Assembly (NCBI GenBank): GCA_963727445.1
Contig: CAVSGI010000018.1
Span: 1-64,000, forward strand
Length of the DNA stretch: 64,000 nt
Direction: 5' to 3'
From: an uncultured delta proteobacterium
GTDB taxonomy: Bacteria; Myxococcota_A; Polyangia; Polyangiales; B10-G4
Shown: positions 27,578 through 36,593 of the stretch, one piece after another
Numbering within the stretch: position 1 is the stretch's first letter
How the letters are laid out: each line of letters starts with the position of its first letter
The notes under the pieces: model-generated
What the model was told of the DNA's origin: nothing
Databases searched by the model: none
What the model saw: the letters and a program-made list of their open reading frames with translations, nothing else
Made by a program: the position numbers and the translations under genes

Positions 27578-28766
27578 AGGGCCCGCGGCCGCCCAGCGTC
27601 CCGCTGACGCGATACTGGAGGGCGCCGTCGCTGGTACGCGCAGGGCGGATCTGCGGCACCATCTCCATGGCGCCGAAGAGAGTGCGCGTGATGTCGCTCT
27701 TCTCCTTGTAGCGGTCGGTGAACTCCACGCGGAGCAGGAGATCGAGGCGGGAGCGTTCGAAGGGCTGGGCGAGGCGCACGTTGCCGCTCGCCGAGAGCGC
27801 GAGGTCGGGGCCCTCCGAGCTGAACTCCTTGATGTTCGCGACGCCCTCTTCGACCTCGAGGGAGAGCGTCAGCGTGCCCGCGTCGATCTGTTCGATGGTC
27901 AAGCCGTCGCCCATCCCGCCGATGGGGAACTTGGCTTCGCCGTCGCCGATCTGGAGATCCTCGATGGTCACCGACATGGCCCCGGCGGTCTGCTCGGCTT
28001 CCTCGGCCACCGTGAGGTCGACGTTGCCGTCGAGCTTGCCGGTGACGGGCAGCCCGATGAGCCCGCGGACGACCCCGAGCTTGGAGAGGTCGACGTCGCT
28101 GATCTCGGCAGCCACGTGCTCTGAGGTGTCGGTCTGCTCGAACTCGCCGTCGATCGTGCCTCCGCCGATGCTGAGGTCGTAACTCAAGCCCAGCGAGCCC
28201 GTCAGCAACGACAGCAGCGACACACGCACCGTCGCCTCGTCGATCTCGACTTCGGTGGGGGCCGCATCGGGGTCGTCGGGCAACTGGGTGTACTTGACGC
28301 CTTCGACGTCGACACCGGTGAGGAAAGAGGGCGAGAGCTCGTCGATGGTGAGCTGGGCTCCGCTCGCCACGCGGCGATTGCCAGGCCCCATCGGGCGTTC
28401 GACCTCCTGGATGACGAAGTCTTTCACCCGATCGTAGGGGAAGGTCCAGTAGGAGAAGATCAGGAAGCAGAAGAACCAGAAGGCCCCGTAGCCCGCGAAG
28501 CGCAGGACGCGCTTGCCCAGCGGGGCGCTCGGCTCCGGGGCGTGGCTCGTTCGCGGTAGCGGCGTCTCGTCCCGCTTGTAGACCCGATAGAAGAGCAGGC
28601 CTACGCCCGCGACGATCGCGACGAAGAGCAGGAAGAAGATCAACCCGCCGAGCACGTCGAGCACGAAGAGCAGAAAGAGCAGGGACAGAACGCCGAGCGC
28701 CGACAGGACGGCGATGCGTTCCCGTTGGGAGACTCTCTCCCACACGCTCTTGATGAGGGCGATCAT
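27537..28766 (-). CDS. gspN: Type II secretion protein N (Myxococcota type) with extra N-terminal TM hairpin
   Basis: FSYWTFPYDRVKD motif, beta-rich body, last gene of the gsp operon. Confidence 0.8.
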   Translation of the reverse strand: MIALIKSVWERVSQRERIAVLSALGVLSLLFLLFVLDVLGGLIFFLLFVAIVAGVGLLFYRVYKRDETPLPRTSHAPEPSAPLGKRVLRFAGYGAFWFFCFLIFSYWTFPYDRVKDFVIQEVERPMGPGNRRVASGAQLTIDELSPSFLTGVDVEGVKYTQLPDDPDAAPTEVEIDEATVRVSLLSLLTGSLGLSYDLSIGGGTIDGEFEQTDTSEHVAAEISDVDLSKLGVVRGLIGLPVTGKLDGNVDLTVAEEAEQTAGAMSVTIEDLQIGDGEAKFPIGGMGDGLTIEQIDAGTLTLSLEVEEGVANIKEFSSEGPDLALSASGNVRLAQPFERSRLDLLLRVEFTDRYKEKSDITRTLFGAMEMVPQIRPARTSDGALQYRVSGTLGGRGPSTRPAGREQPPGH

Positions 28767-29386
28767 GGCGCGGGAGGTCCTGCCTTGGTGCGGCGCGCGG
28801 CCATCGAATCTTCTTCGTCGTCATCTCCGCCGCGGCCGCGGGAGTTCTTGTCGAAGGCGATGACGCCCACCTCCACGTTGTAGCGGTCGCCCGCCTGGAA
28901 GTGCTCGATCTGGATGAGCTCGAGCGCGACCGGGTAGGGGCTGTTCTCGATCTCCGCCATCATGTCGATCGCCGTCTTCAAGTCCACCCCCGGGAGGTCC
29001 GCGCGCACGTGCCGGCGGGTGAATCCGTTGGCTACGCGCTCGGGCTGATCCGTCACCTCGAGGGGGCGGTCGTAGCCCGCTTCGCGCGCCTTGGCTTCGA
29101 GGAAGCTGCCGAGCGGCGGCGCCTGGTTGTCGTACCGCCGCTCCGCGGCCTCGCGCTCCGCTCGCATCTGCGCGATCTCTGTGCGGTGGTTGGCGATCTC
29201 CCGCATCACGGAGCGGATCTCGGCGTTCTCGTCCTCGACCTCGGAGATGGCGCTCGCCGACATGTAGATGGGCAGGAAGAGCAGGAGGGCGCCCACCACG
29301 GCGCCGAGGATGGCGACGAGCTTGCGCTCTCGATCGTTGAGGTTGTCGAAGGCGGAGCGGATCGAGTCGAAGATGCTGAGGATCAT
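28763..29386 (-). CDS. gspM: Type II secretion protein M
   Basis: FDNLNDRERKLV followed by TM helix, coiled coil and ferredoxin-like region; located after gspL. Confidence 0.78.
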   Translation of the reverse strand: MILSIFDSIRSAFDNLNDRERKLVAILGAVVGALLLFLPIYMSASAISEVEDENAEIRSVMREIANHRTEIAQMRAEREAAERRYDNQAPPLGSFLEAKAREAGYDRPLEVTDQPERVANGFTRRHVRADLPGVDLKTAIDMMAEIENSPYPVALELIQIEHFQAGDRYNVEVGVIAFDKNSRGRGGDDDEEDSMAARRTKAGPPAP

Positions 29387-30888
29387 CCGTCCCTCCGCCG
29401 CCGTCGCCGGCTGTTCTCTTCGGGCGCGGGCGCGCCGGGGCAGCGGACGACCGATTCGATCTGATAGTTGAGGCCTTCGTTGTTCGGGCCAGGCGAGGTC
29501 CGGCCCTTCTCGATGGCGTCCTCGGCGATGCACTCGTGACTCTCGAGTGACTCGGTGATCTGGTCGCGTTCGGAGACGCTGGCGACGCGCCCCTGCAGCT
29601 CGAAACGCGCGCCGTAGCCGTCCTCGTCGAGCTCGATGTGCAGGCGGCGCGTGTTGTGGGTGATCTCCGGCGGGATCTTCTCGCTGACCGCGGTCAACAG
29701 ATCGTAGGCGTCGAAGCGGGGGAGCGGGTCGCGGTTGCGCGGGCCGCGCTCGACCAGCTGGCGCGCAGCGGAGGCGCTGGTGGTCCCCTCGCCGAAGGAC
29801 TCCTCGGTCACGCGCTCGAGCTGAGCCGAGAGCGCGTCGCGCTCGGAATCGAGGACCGCCCACCTCGCCCAGGTAGAGAACAAGAAGGAGAGCAGAATCG
29901 CGGCGGCACAAACCCCCAGCAGTCGGGCGTGCTGGGCGATGAGCCCGCCGGTCGCGGCGGGCGTGAACTCGCCCTTGCGCATGTCGATGCGCTTGCGCCG
30001 GCCGCTCATCCGCGCGGCGAGCGCGGCGGAGCGGGCGAAGCGACCGATGCCGCCTTCACCTGAGCCGGGCCCCGGGGGAAGCGGGACCTGAGTGACCTCG
30101 GCCGACAGGCGCTCGCCCAGCCAACCCGGCGCGTTCGGATCGGAAGCGAGCTCGCCGGCGAGGAGGATCCGTTCCGGCGCTTCGGTGCCCGAGGCGCGGA
30201 AGCTGATCATCGTGCGCTTCAGCTCCGTCTCCAGCAGGTCGGGCTTGAGGGCGCCGTGCGAGAGGGTGCGCGCCACCTCGCAGTGGCCGTTGCGTAGGAC
30301 GCAGAGGTCGGTGTGATCGGCCGCCACCTCGACCAGCATGATCGGCTCGGCGGTCGTCAAATGGGGCACCAACTCGATGACGCCGTCGAGGGCGGCGGCG
30401 CCCACCGCGAGCTCGCGGGGGTCGAGCCCCAGCGCGCCCAGCTCCTCCAGGCGCGCGCGGATCTTGTCGGCGGGGACGGCGGCCGCCATCAGACGCACCT
30501 CCCCGTCGACGTCGTCCACCGGCTGAAAGTCGATGATCGCTTCCTCGACCGGGAAGGGGAGCATCGATTCGAGCTCGAAGGGCAGCACCTCCGCCGCGCG
30601 CTTTGCAGCACCGGCGGGAAGGGACACCACTCGCAGGGATGCGTCGCGTCCGTCGAGGGAGGCTGCGATGCGGTCGGGCGGACGGCCGACGGCCGCGAGG
30701 ATGCCCTGCACGGCGCCGCGCTGCGCTTCGTCGAGCGCGAGCTTCCGCGCGTCTTCGGGGAGCGCGGGATCGATTCGTGGGATCAGCTCCTCGAAGTACT
30801 CCTCGATCTCGAGGCGTTTGAAGCCGGTGCGCAAGAGCGTCCCGCGCACAGCCGTCGTTCCGATGTCGATGCCCAGTATGCGTGCCAT
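29383..30888 (-). CDS. gspL: Type II secretion protein L (PilM-like actin fold + TM)
   Basis: ILGIDIGTTAVR, VLPFELESMLPFPVEE, IDMRKGEF, then a TM helix. Confidence 0.82.
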   Translation of the reverse strand: MARILGIDIGTTAVRGTLLRTGFKRLEIEEYFEELIPRIDPALPEDARKLALDEAQRGAVQGILAAVGRPPDRIAASLDGRDASLRVVSLPAGAAKRAAEVLPFELESMLPFPVEEAIIDFQPVDDVDGEVRLMAAAVPADKIRARLEELGALGLDPRELAVGAAALDGVIELVPHLTTAEPIMLVEVAADHTDLCVLRNGHCEVARTLSHGALKPDLLETELKRTMISFRASGTEAPERILLAGELASDPNAPGWLGERLSAEVTQVPLPPGPGSGEGGIGRFARSAALAARMSGRRKRIDMRKGEFTPAATGGLIAQHARLLGVCAAAILLSFLFSTWARWAVLDSERDALSAQLERVTEESFGEGTTSASAARQLVERGPRNRDPLPRFDAYDLLTAVSEKIPPEITHNTRRLHIELDEDGYGARFELQGRVASVSERDQITESLESHECIAEDAIEKGRTSPGPNNEGLNYQIESVVRCPGAPAPEENSRRRRRRDG

Positions 30889-30891
30889 CGC

Positions 30892-32319
30892 TCAGTCGAC
30901 CCGGTAGTAGTGGAAGATCCCGAGCGGGCCCATCGAGCCCGGGTTGGGAGGGGGTGGTTGCCAACGCGAGTGGAAGTTGACCACGGTCTTGATGCGCACC
31001 TGACTCCGGCCGGCGAAACCCGTCGCCTCGATGTAGTGGATGGAGGCGCCCGTCAGGAAGCTGCGGGTCACCTCCTGTCGCGCCGCCTGCGGGATGGTGA
31101 TCGGCGTGAAGATCAAGGGATTGTCGGGCCCCAGCATGCCGACCATCATCGGGTAGAGGTCCCGCGCGCCGCCGCCGCCCTCGACGAAGGTGATGAAGTC
31201 CTGCGAGCGCGTGAAGAGGGGCACGGGGAAGAGCGCGCGGATGGTGGAGATGAGCTGGACGAACTTCGCCGCCTCCGCGGGGTTGGAGCAGAGCGAGGCG
31301 CTCTCGACGAAGGAGCAGAGCCGCGCGAGGAGCACCTGCGGCGGTGCGGTGTTGGCGTTCACCGCGCCCGAACCGTAGATAGTCACCGTGCGCGAGAGCG
31401 GATCGTCGGGCTTGGGCTCGATGAAGGTGGCCCAGAAGTCGTCGCCGATGCCTCGGATCAGGCGCAGCTCCTCGAGGGAGTCGTAGGGCGCGTTCTTGAT
31501 GCGATAGGGGTCGTCGAAGCTGCTGTAGACGTTGTCCTCTGCGCCAGCGACCGAGACCGAGCTGGCACCGGGATCGAAGATCGTGCGCTGGGTGTCCTGG
31601 TCCCACCAATCGATGACGGCGCTGACGATGTCCAGCCGCGAGGTCTGCTGACCGTCGGCGTCGGGACGGTTGAAGAGGGGATCGAAGGCGCTCGGCGCCT
31701 GATATCCGCCCATCAACGCGAAGAGCTGCATCGCGCTGCCCCGCCGCGCCTGATCGCCATCGCGCGCCAGCGGGTCGTTGACGTTGATCATCGAGTTCTC
31801 GGCGATGGCGACGATCTCGCAGGTCGCGGGGTTGTCGTCGAAGCCCTTGGCGGCGCCCAGATCGATCCCCACCGCCCCCGCCGATCCGGTCGCCTCCTGC
31901 AAGTTGCAGAAGGGCATCAGGATCTCGGTGGCCATGGTCCAGACCGGGATCTGCGGCGGCTGCCGACCCACCATCATCTGGTAGATGGGCGCCACCGTGG
32001 CGCGGATCGCCTGCTCGTTGCCGACCAGGAGGCGCGTGAGATTGATGGCGCTCTTCGCCATGTACTCGGCCTGCACCTGCTCGCGCTGGGTGGTCGCGAC
32101 CGCGAGCGCGGTCGAGGTGTTCTCGTGCATGTCCGCGACGAAAACGGCGAGGATGGCCACGGCGCTCAGCGCCATCACCAGCGCCACGCCCTGTTCGCGC
32201 TCGCTACGCCGCCGCTTCTTGCCGTGGCGCCGGCGACGCCGACGCATGCGCTCGCGGGCGCGCGAGTCGTGAGAAGGGGCCAGCTCGATGCGGCCGAGGT
32301 CTCGTCGCGGCGCGCTCAT
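30892..32319 (-). CDS. gspK: Minor pseudopilin K
   Basis: EQG|VALVMAL, ENSMINVN, IDWWD, KNAPYDSLEELRLIRG, VNANTAP. Confidence 0.88.
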   Translation of the reverse strand: MSAPRRDLGRIELAPSHDSRARERMRRRRRRHGKKRRRSEREQGVALVMALSAVAILAVFVADMHENTSTALAVATTQREQVQAEYMAKSAINLTRLLVGNEQAIRATVAPIYQMMVGRQPPQIPVWTMATEILMPFCNLQEATGSAGAVGIDLGAAKGFDDNPATCEIVAIAENSMINVNDPLARDGDQARRGSAMQLFALMGGYQAPSAFDPLFNRPDADGQQTSRLDIVSAVIDWWDQDTQRTIFDPGASSVSVAGAEDNVYSSFDDPYRIKNAPYDSLEELRLIRGIGDDFWATFIEPKPDDPLSRTVTIYGSGAVNANTAPPQVLLARLCSFVESASLCSNPAEAAKFVQLISTIRALFPVPLFTRSQDFITFVEGGGGARDLYPMMVGMLGPDNPLIFTPITIPQAARQEVTRSFLTGASIHYIEATGFAGRSQVRIKTVVNFHSRWQPPPPNPGSMGPLGIFHYYRVD

Positions 32320-33014
32320 GGGTTGTAGCTCGCGTGGTTGAGGCCCCAGATGATCGGGATGTCGACGCGGCTGGCGAAGACCATCTCTTTGCGCCGGTCA
32401 CGGATGTCCGGGACCGTCAGGATGATCTTCACCTGGTAGGGGAGGCGGTTGCGGTCGGCGCCGGTGATCTCCGCGTCCCACTCGCGGCGCCACTGGTTCG
32501 ACCGGTCGTCGTAGAACTCGAGCTGAAAGTCGAGCACGTCATCGACCATGATCTGGACGCGGCCACCCTCGCGCGGATGGTCGTCGATGCGGTTCTGCTC
32601 GCGCCGCGCGAGGACCTTGAGCTCGCGGTCCTCGGGATCGCGCGTGAGGAAGTAGCTGAGCTCGTTCTGGTCCGACTCGTGCGCGTCTCGGAAGAGGCGC
32701 TGGTGACTGAAGGAGGTGAAGTCGAGGCGGTCACCATTGCCGCGATCGGTGCCCACGAAGCAGGTCTTGACCGCCTGCAGGCTCATGTCCGGGTTGAGAT
32801 GATCGGACACGAACGCCATGGAGATCTCGCGCGTCATGCGCTCCATCGCCATGCGGATGACGTGATAGCGATCCGACTCGCCCTCGACCATCCGCTTGTT
32901 GCGCGACGTCTGGCTGAACGCCTGCCAGATCAACGTCGAGATGATCGCCAGGATGGCGATGGAGACCATCGCCTCCACGAGGGTGATGCCCTCTCTGCTC
33001 CGCCGGCGCCTCAT
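32316..33014 (-). CDS. gspJ: Minor pseudopilin J
   Basis: REG|ITLVEAMVSIAIL class III signal; MTREISMAF; NRLPYQVKI. Confidence 0.85.
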   Translation of the reverse strand: MRRRRSREGITLVEAMVSIAILAIISTLIWQAFSQTSRNKRMVEGESDRYHVIRMAMERMTREISMAFVSDHLNPDMSLQAVKTCFVGTDRGNGDRLDFTSFSHQRLFRDAHESDQNELSYFLTRDPEDRELKVLARREQNRIDDHPREGGRVQIMVDDVLDFQLEFYDDRSNQWRREWDAEITGADRNRLPYQVKIILTVPDIRDRRKEMVFASRVDIPIIWGLNHASYNP

Positions 33015-33673
33015 GGCCCTGACCCGTCGTCCGCGCCGCCCATCGTCGACGGCGGCTGAACCAGGTACTGGACGACCGCGAACTCGCGGGTGCGAGCCCC
33101 TTCGCGCCAGCGAACGATGATCTTGGCCCGCTTGATCTGCTGCTCGAAGGCCGGCTTGAGGACGGGGTACGCGTAGCTCATCGCCAGCTGGGTGATCATG
33201 TCGCCGCCGCCCAGGCCCGCGGCGCCGGAGAGCACGTCCTCGACCGAGCCCGCGCCGCTGGCCAGCGCCGAAGGATCGGGTGTGTCGCCACCCTCCTCGC
33301 CACCGCCTTCGGTGAGCGCGTCGAGGGCGTTGCCTTCCCCGCCGTCTTCCTCGAGGACGGGATCGGGGAGCTCGATGGACTCGACGACCCACTCGCAGGT
33401 GAAGCCCTCGACCTCGCCGTCCTCGCAGCAGCCGTCCTCGTCGCCGATCTGATCGACCGCCGGGAAGCCCTCTTCCATGACCTGCTCTTCGATCTCGCCC
33501 ATCTTGCAGCGAGCGAGGGTCGAGGCGATGGTCACCTTCCGCGCGCGGGTCGCCACCTTGATCGCGCCGCCCTCGCTGGCGAAGATCGCGGTGAGCGACA
33601 GGGCGAGGATGGCGACCGCCATCATCACCTCGAGGAGGGTGAACCCCTCGCGCCTCTGCGATCGGCGGCTCAT
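33011..33673 (-). CDS. gspI: Minor pseudopilin I
   Basis: REG|FTLLEVMMAVAIL; STLARCKMGEIE; operon position. Confidence 0.82.
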   Translation of the reverse strand: MSRRSQRREGFTLLEVMMAVAILALSLTAIFASEGGAIKVATRARKVTIASTLARCKMGEIEEQVMEEGFPAVDQIGDEDGCCEDGEVEGFTCEWVVESIELPDPVLEEDGGEGNALDALTEGGGEEGGDTPDPSALASGAGSVEDVLSGAAGLGGGDMITQLAMSYAYPVLKPAFEQQIKRAKIIVRWREGARTREFAVVQYLVQPPSTMGGADDGSGP

Positions 33674-34525
33674 CCGGGGTCCCTCACGTCCGACAGGTCT
33701 TCGTCGTCGGCGTCCTCGCCCAGGTCTTCGGGCTCGAAGGCCCAGTCGTAGAGGCGAGCCCTTCCGGTGAGCGGGTGGATCTCGACGGCGTAAACGCTGT
33801 CCGAGCCGTCGGTGAGCTGAATGACGGCGTGCTCGGTCTGGCCTCCGGGGAAGAAGTACACGGCGCCGATGCCCTCCTCGCGCGGCTCCGGCTCGTGGGG
33901 CAGGAACATTCGAAAGACGCGGATGTTCGAACCGATGGGCTGCGACTGGTACTTGCGCAGCGTCTCGCCGCCGCGGCCGGTGATGGGACCGAAGGGCGAG
34001 GCGCCGAAGCTCGGCTGGAACGTCTGGCTGAGGCGCGCCTGCGCGGCCGCCCAGGGGTCGACGCCTGCGCCGTCTTCACCGGCCTGCTCGTTGGCCGCCT
34101 CTCGGCGCGGGTCGTCGACCCGAGACAGCGTCACCTGCCCGTGCGCCTCTTCCAGCGACATCGTGGCGTCCTGCATGTTGAGGCGCAGGCGCACGGTGTT
34201 GCCCTGGGAGATGGCCCGGCTGTAGGCGAAGCGCGACGCCGCCATCAGCTTGACGCAACCCGAGCGGAGCTTCGTCCGGGTGAGCGCGCCGAGCGCCATC
34301 GTGAGGCCGCTGGCGGCGAGGGCGATGATGATGATCACCACCATGATCTCGATGATGGTCATGCCGTGTCGGCGCCTGCGCCGACTGCCCGAGAAGGCTC
34401 GGTCTCGCGAAGCGGCAGGGCCCGTAGAGGACCGCGAAGCGGTCCGGCGCGGGACCGGAGCGCAGCGGGGCCGAGCCGGGAGTGCGCCGCCGGATTCCTT
34501 CGAGATGTGGCCGCTCCGTCGCATT
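33670..34525 (-). CDS. gspH: Minor pseudopilin H
   Basis: RHG|MTIIEIMVV; YFFPGGQTE; VEIHPLTGR; long basic leader, start uncertain. Confidence 0.8.
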
Positions 34526-34528
34526 ACC

Positions 34529-34921
34529 CTACGAGCTGATGTCGTCCTCGTTGCCCGGCTGTCCGTCGGGCCCGCCCGAGGTGACGGTGATGTTGTCGCC
34601 ATCGCACTCGATGATGTAGTCGTTGTTCCACGGGTCGACGGTGTTCTTGCCCTCTTCGAGGGAGCCGTCCTCGAGGAGGTCGTCCACCGTCGGGCAGTCG
34701 TTGCCGCCGTGCATGATGTAGAGCTGGACGGCGGAGTCGATCGTCTGCACGTCCGACTGGGCCGTCTTCTCCTTCGCCTTGGTGAACTGCGGCAGCACGG
34801 CGATACCGACCGCGGTCGCGATCAGCGCCATGATGATCACCACGATCATGATCTCGACGAGGGTCATACCCTCCGTCCGCATGCGCCGGCGGCGCCTCTG
34901 GTTGTTCGTCGTCTGGGCCAT
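34529..34921 (-). CDS. gspG: Major pseudopilin G
   Basis: TEG|MTLVEIMIVVII, DPWNNDY, TSGGPDGQPGNEDDI; GAGG RBS. Confidence 0.88.
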   Translation of the reverse strand: MAQTTNNQRRRRRMRTEGMTLVEIMIVVIIMALIATAVGIAVLPQFTKAKEKTAQSDVQTIDSAVQLYIMHGGNDCPTVDDLLEDGSLEEGKNTVDPWNNDYIIECDGDNITVTSGGPDGQPGNEDDISS

Positions 34922-34929
34922 GTTCCTCT

Positions 34930-35364
34930 TCACCTCACGTTGTCATCCACGAAGAAGTCTCCGCTCGGGCCTGCGCTCACTACTTCGGCTCCATCGGGGT
35001 CGTCGTAGGCCGGGCACGCCACGTAGAGCGCCTTGCCCCAGCCGTCGTTGGGGATCTCGCGAAGGTATCGATGCCCTTCGCGTGGGGGATTCGTCAGCTC
35101 GTCGGTCCCGTTCGGGCAGCGCCCCACCTCGGCACGAAACCCATTGATCGCGCGGTGCACCTCTTCGATCGCCGCGCGCGTCTGCCGCGTCCTGAGCTCG
35201 TGATCCGCCGCGCGGAACACCAGCCAGGCCGTGAACCCCAGGGTGAGCACCATCAGCGCCATGCGCACCCGCGAGCCGCCCACGACGCCACGAAGCGCCG
35301 CCGCCCGCTGCTCCCAGGGGAGCGGGATGCCGCTGCTGCTTCGCCTCGCGCGTCGTTTCTTCAT
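34930..35364 (-). CDS. GspG-like protein lacking a prepilin peptidase site
   Basis: TM helix, then GRCP..YLREIPNDGWG..VSAGPSG (T2SSG domain); no G|FTLxE motif. Confidence 0.72.
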   Translation of the reverse strand: MKKRRARRSSSGIPLPWEQRAAALRGVVGGSRVRMALMVLTLGFTAWLVFRAADHELRTRQTRAAIEEVHRAINGFRAEVGRCPNGTDELTNPPREGHRYLREIPNDGWGKALYVACPAYDDPDGAEVVSAGPSGDFFVDDNVR

Positions 35365-35366
35365 CG

Positions 35367-36593
35367 TCAACCACCGACGAACTCGTTGATCTGGAGCAGA
35401 GGCATGAGGATGGCAAACGCGATGCTGGCGCTGACGCCGCCCATCACCACGATGATCAGCGGCTCGAGGAGCGAGGTCATGACCGAAATCCGGGACTCCA
35501 CCTGGATGTCGTAAGCGGTGGCGACGTTGTCGAGCATCTCCTCGAGCTGACCCGAGCGCTCGCCGATGGCGATCATGTGCGTGACGATCGGAGGGAAGCG
35601 TTTGCTGCGCTTGAGCGGCTCCGCGATGCTCTCGCCCTCGCGGACGCTCGCGCGCGCGTCCTCGATCACGCGCATGAGCTCGGTGTTTCCGAGCACGTTT
35701 CGGGTGATCTCCATCGCCCGGAGCACCGGGACGCCGCTGGCGAGGAGGGTCGCCAGGGTCCGGGAGAAGCGGGTGACCGCGACCATCAGGGTGAGCTTGC
35801 CGAAGAGCGGTGCCTTCAACACGAAGAGGTCCCATTTCTTCCGGCCGTCCTCGGTGTTGCGCCAGCGGTTGAACAGATAGACCGAGAGGGCGAGGAGGCC
35901 GAGCAGCAGCCACCAGAAAGAGATCAGGGTGTTGCTCACGAAGATGAGCAGGCGCGTGTACCAGGGCAGCATCTCGCCGAAGTCCTCGAAGATCGAGGTC
36001 ACCTTCGGGACGACCACCACCATCATGATGAGGATGATGACCATCGACAGCAGCGCCATGAAGATCGGGTAGGCGAGAGCGGCGGTGATCTTGTTCTTGA
36101 GCTTGGCCTGGTTCTCGAGGAAGTCCGCCAGACGCGCCAGCACCGCCTCCAGCGTCCCCGAGGCCTCGCCCGCGGCGACCATGTTCACGTAGAGGTTCGA
36201 GAAGATCTTCGGATGCGACTTGAGCGCGTCGGCGAAGGCCGTGCCTTCGTTGACCTTGTCACGGGTCTGGGTGAAGGCGCTCTTGAGCTCCGGCTGCTCG
36301 AGCTGATCGATCAGCGCCGTCAGGGCTTCGACCAGCGGGATGCCGCTCTTGAGGAGCGTGGCCAGCTGTCGCGTGGAGACCGCGATCTCGGCCGCGTTGA
36401 CGCGACGGATCAACCGGCCGAGGTCGACGTCGCGGCGCTTCTTGATGCGCGCCTCGGACTCTTCGAGGATCTCCGTGACGAGGACGCCCTCACGACGGAG
36501 GGCGAGCTTCAACGCCTTGGGGCTGTCCGCATCGCGGACCCCCTTGACGGTCTTGCCGCCGGGGTTGATGCCTCGCCACTCGAAGACCGCCAT
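35367..36593 (-). CDS. gspF: Type II secretion inner-membrane platform protein F
   Basis: RQLATLLKSGIPL, MVAAGEASGTL, ALAYP, IGERSGQLEEML, LEPLII. Confidence 0.95.
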   Translation of the reverse strand: MAVFEWRGINPGGKTVKGVRDADSPKALKLALRREGVLVTEILEESEARIKKRRDVDLGRLIRRVNAAEIAVSTRQLATLLKSGIPLVEALTALIDQLEQPELKSAFTQTRDKVNEGTAFADALKSHPKIFSNLYVNMVAAGEASGTLEAVLARLADFLENQAKLKNKITAALAYPIFMALLSMVIILIMMVVVVPKVTSIFEDFGEMLPWYTRLLIFVSNTLISFWWLLLGLLALSVYLFNRWRNTEDGRKKWDLFVLKAPLFGKLTLMVAVTRFSRTLATLLASGVPVLRAMEITRNVLGNTELMRVIEDARASVREGESIAEPLKRSKRFPPIVTHMIAIGERSGQLEEMLDNVATAYDIQVESRISVMTSLLEPLIIVVMGGVSASIAFAILMPLLQINEFVGG

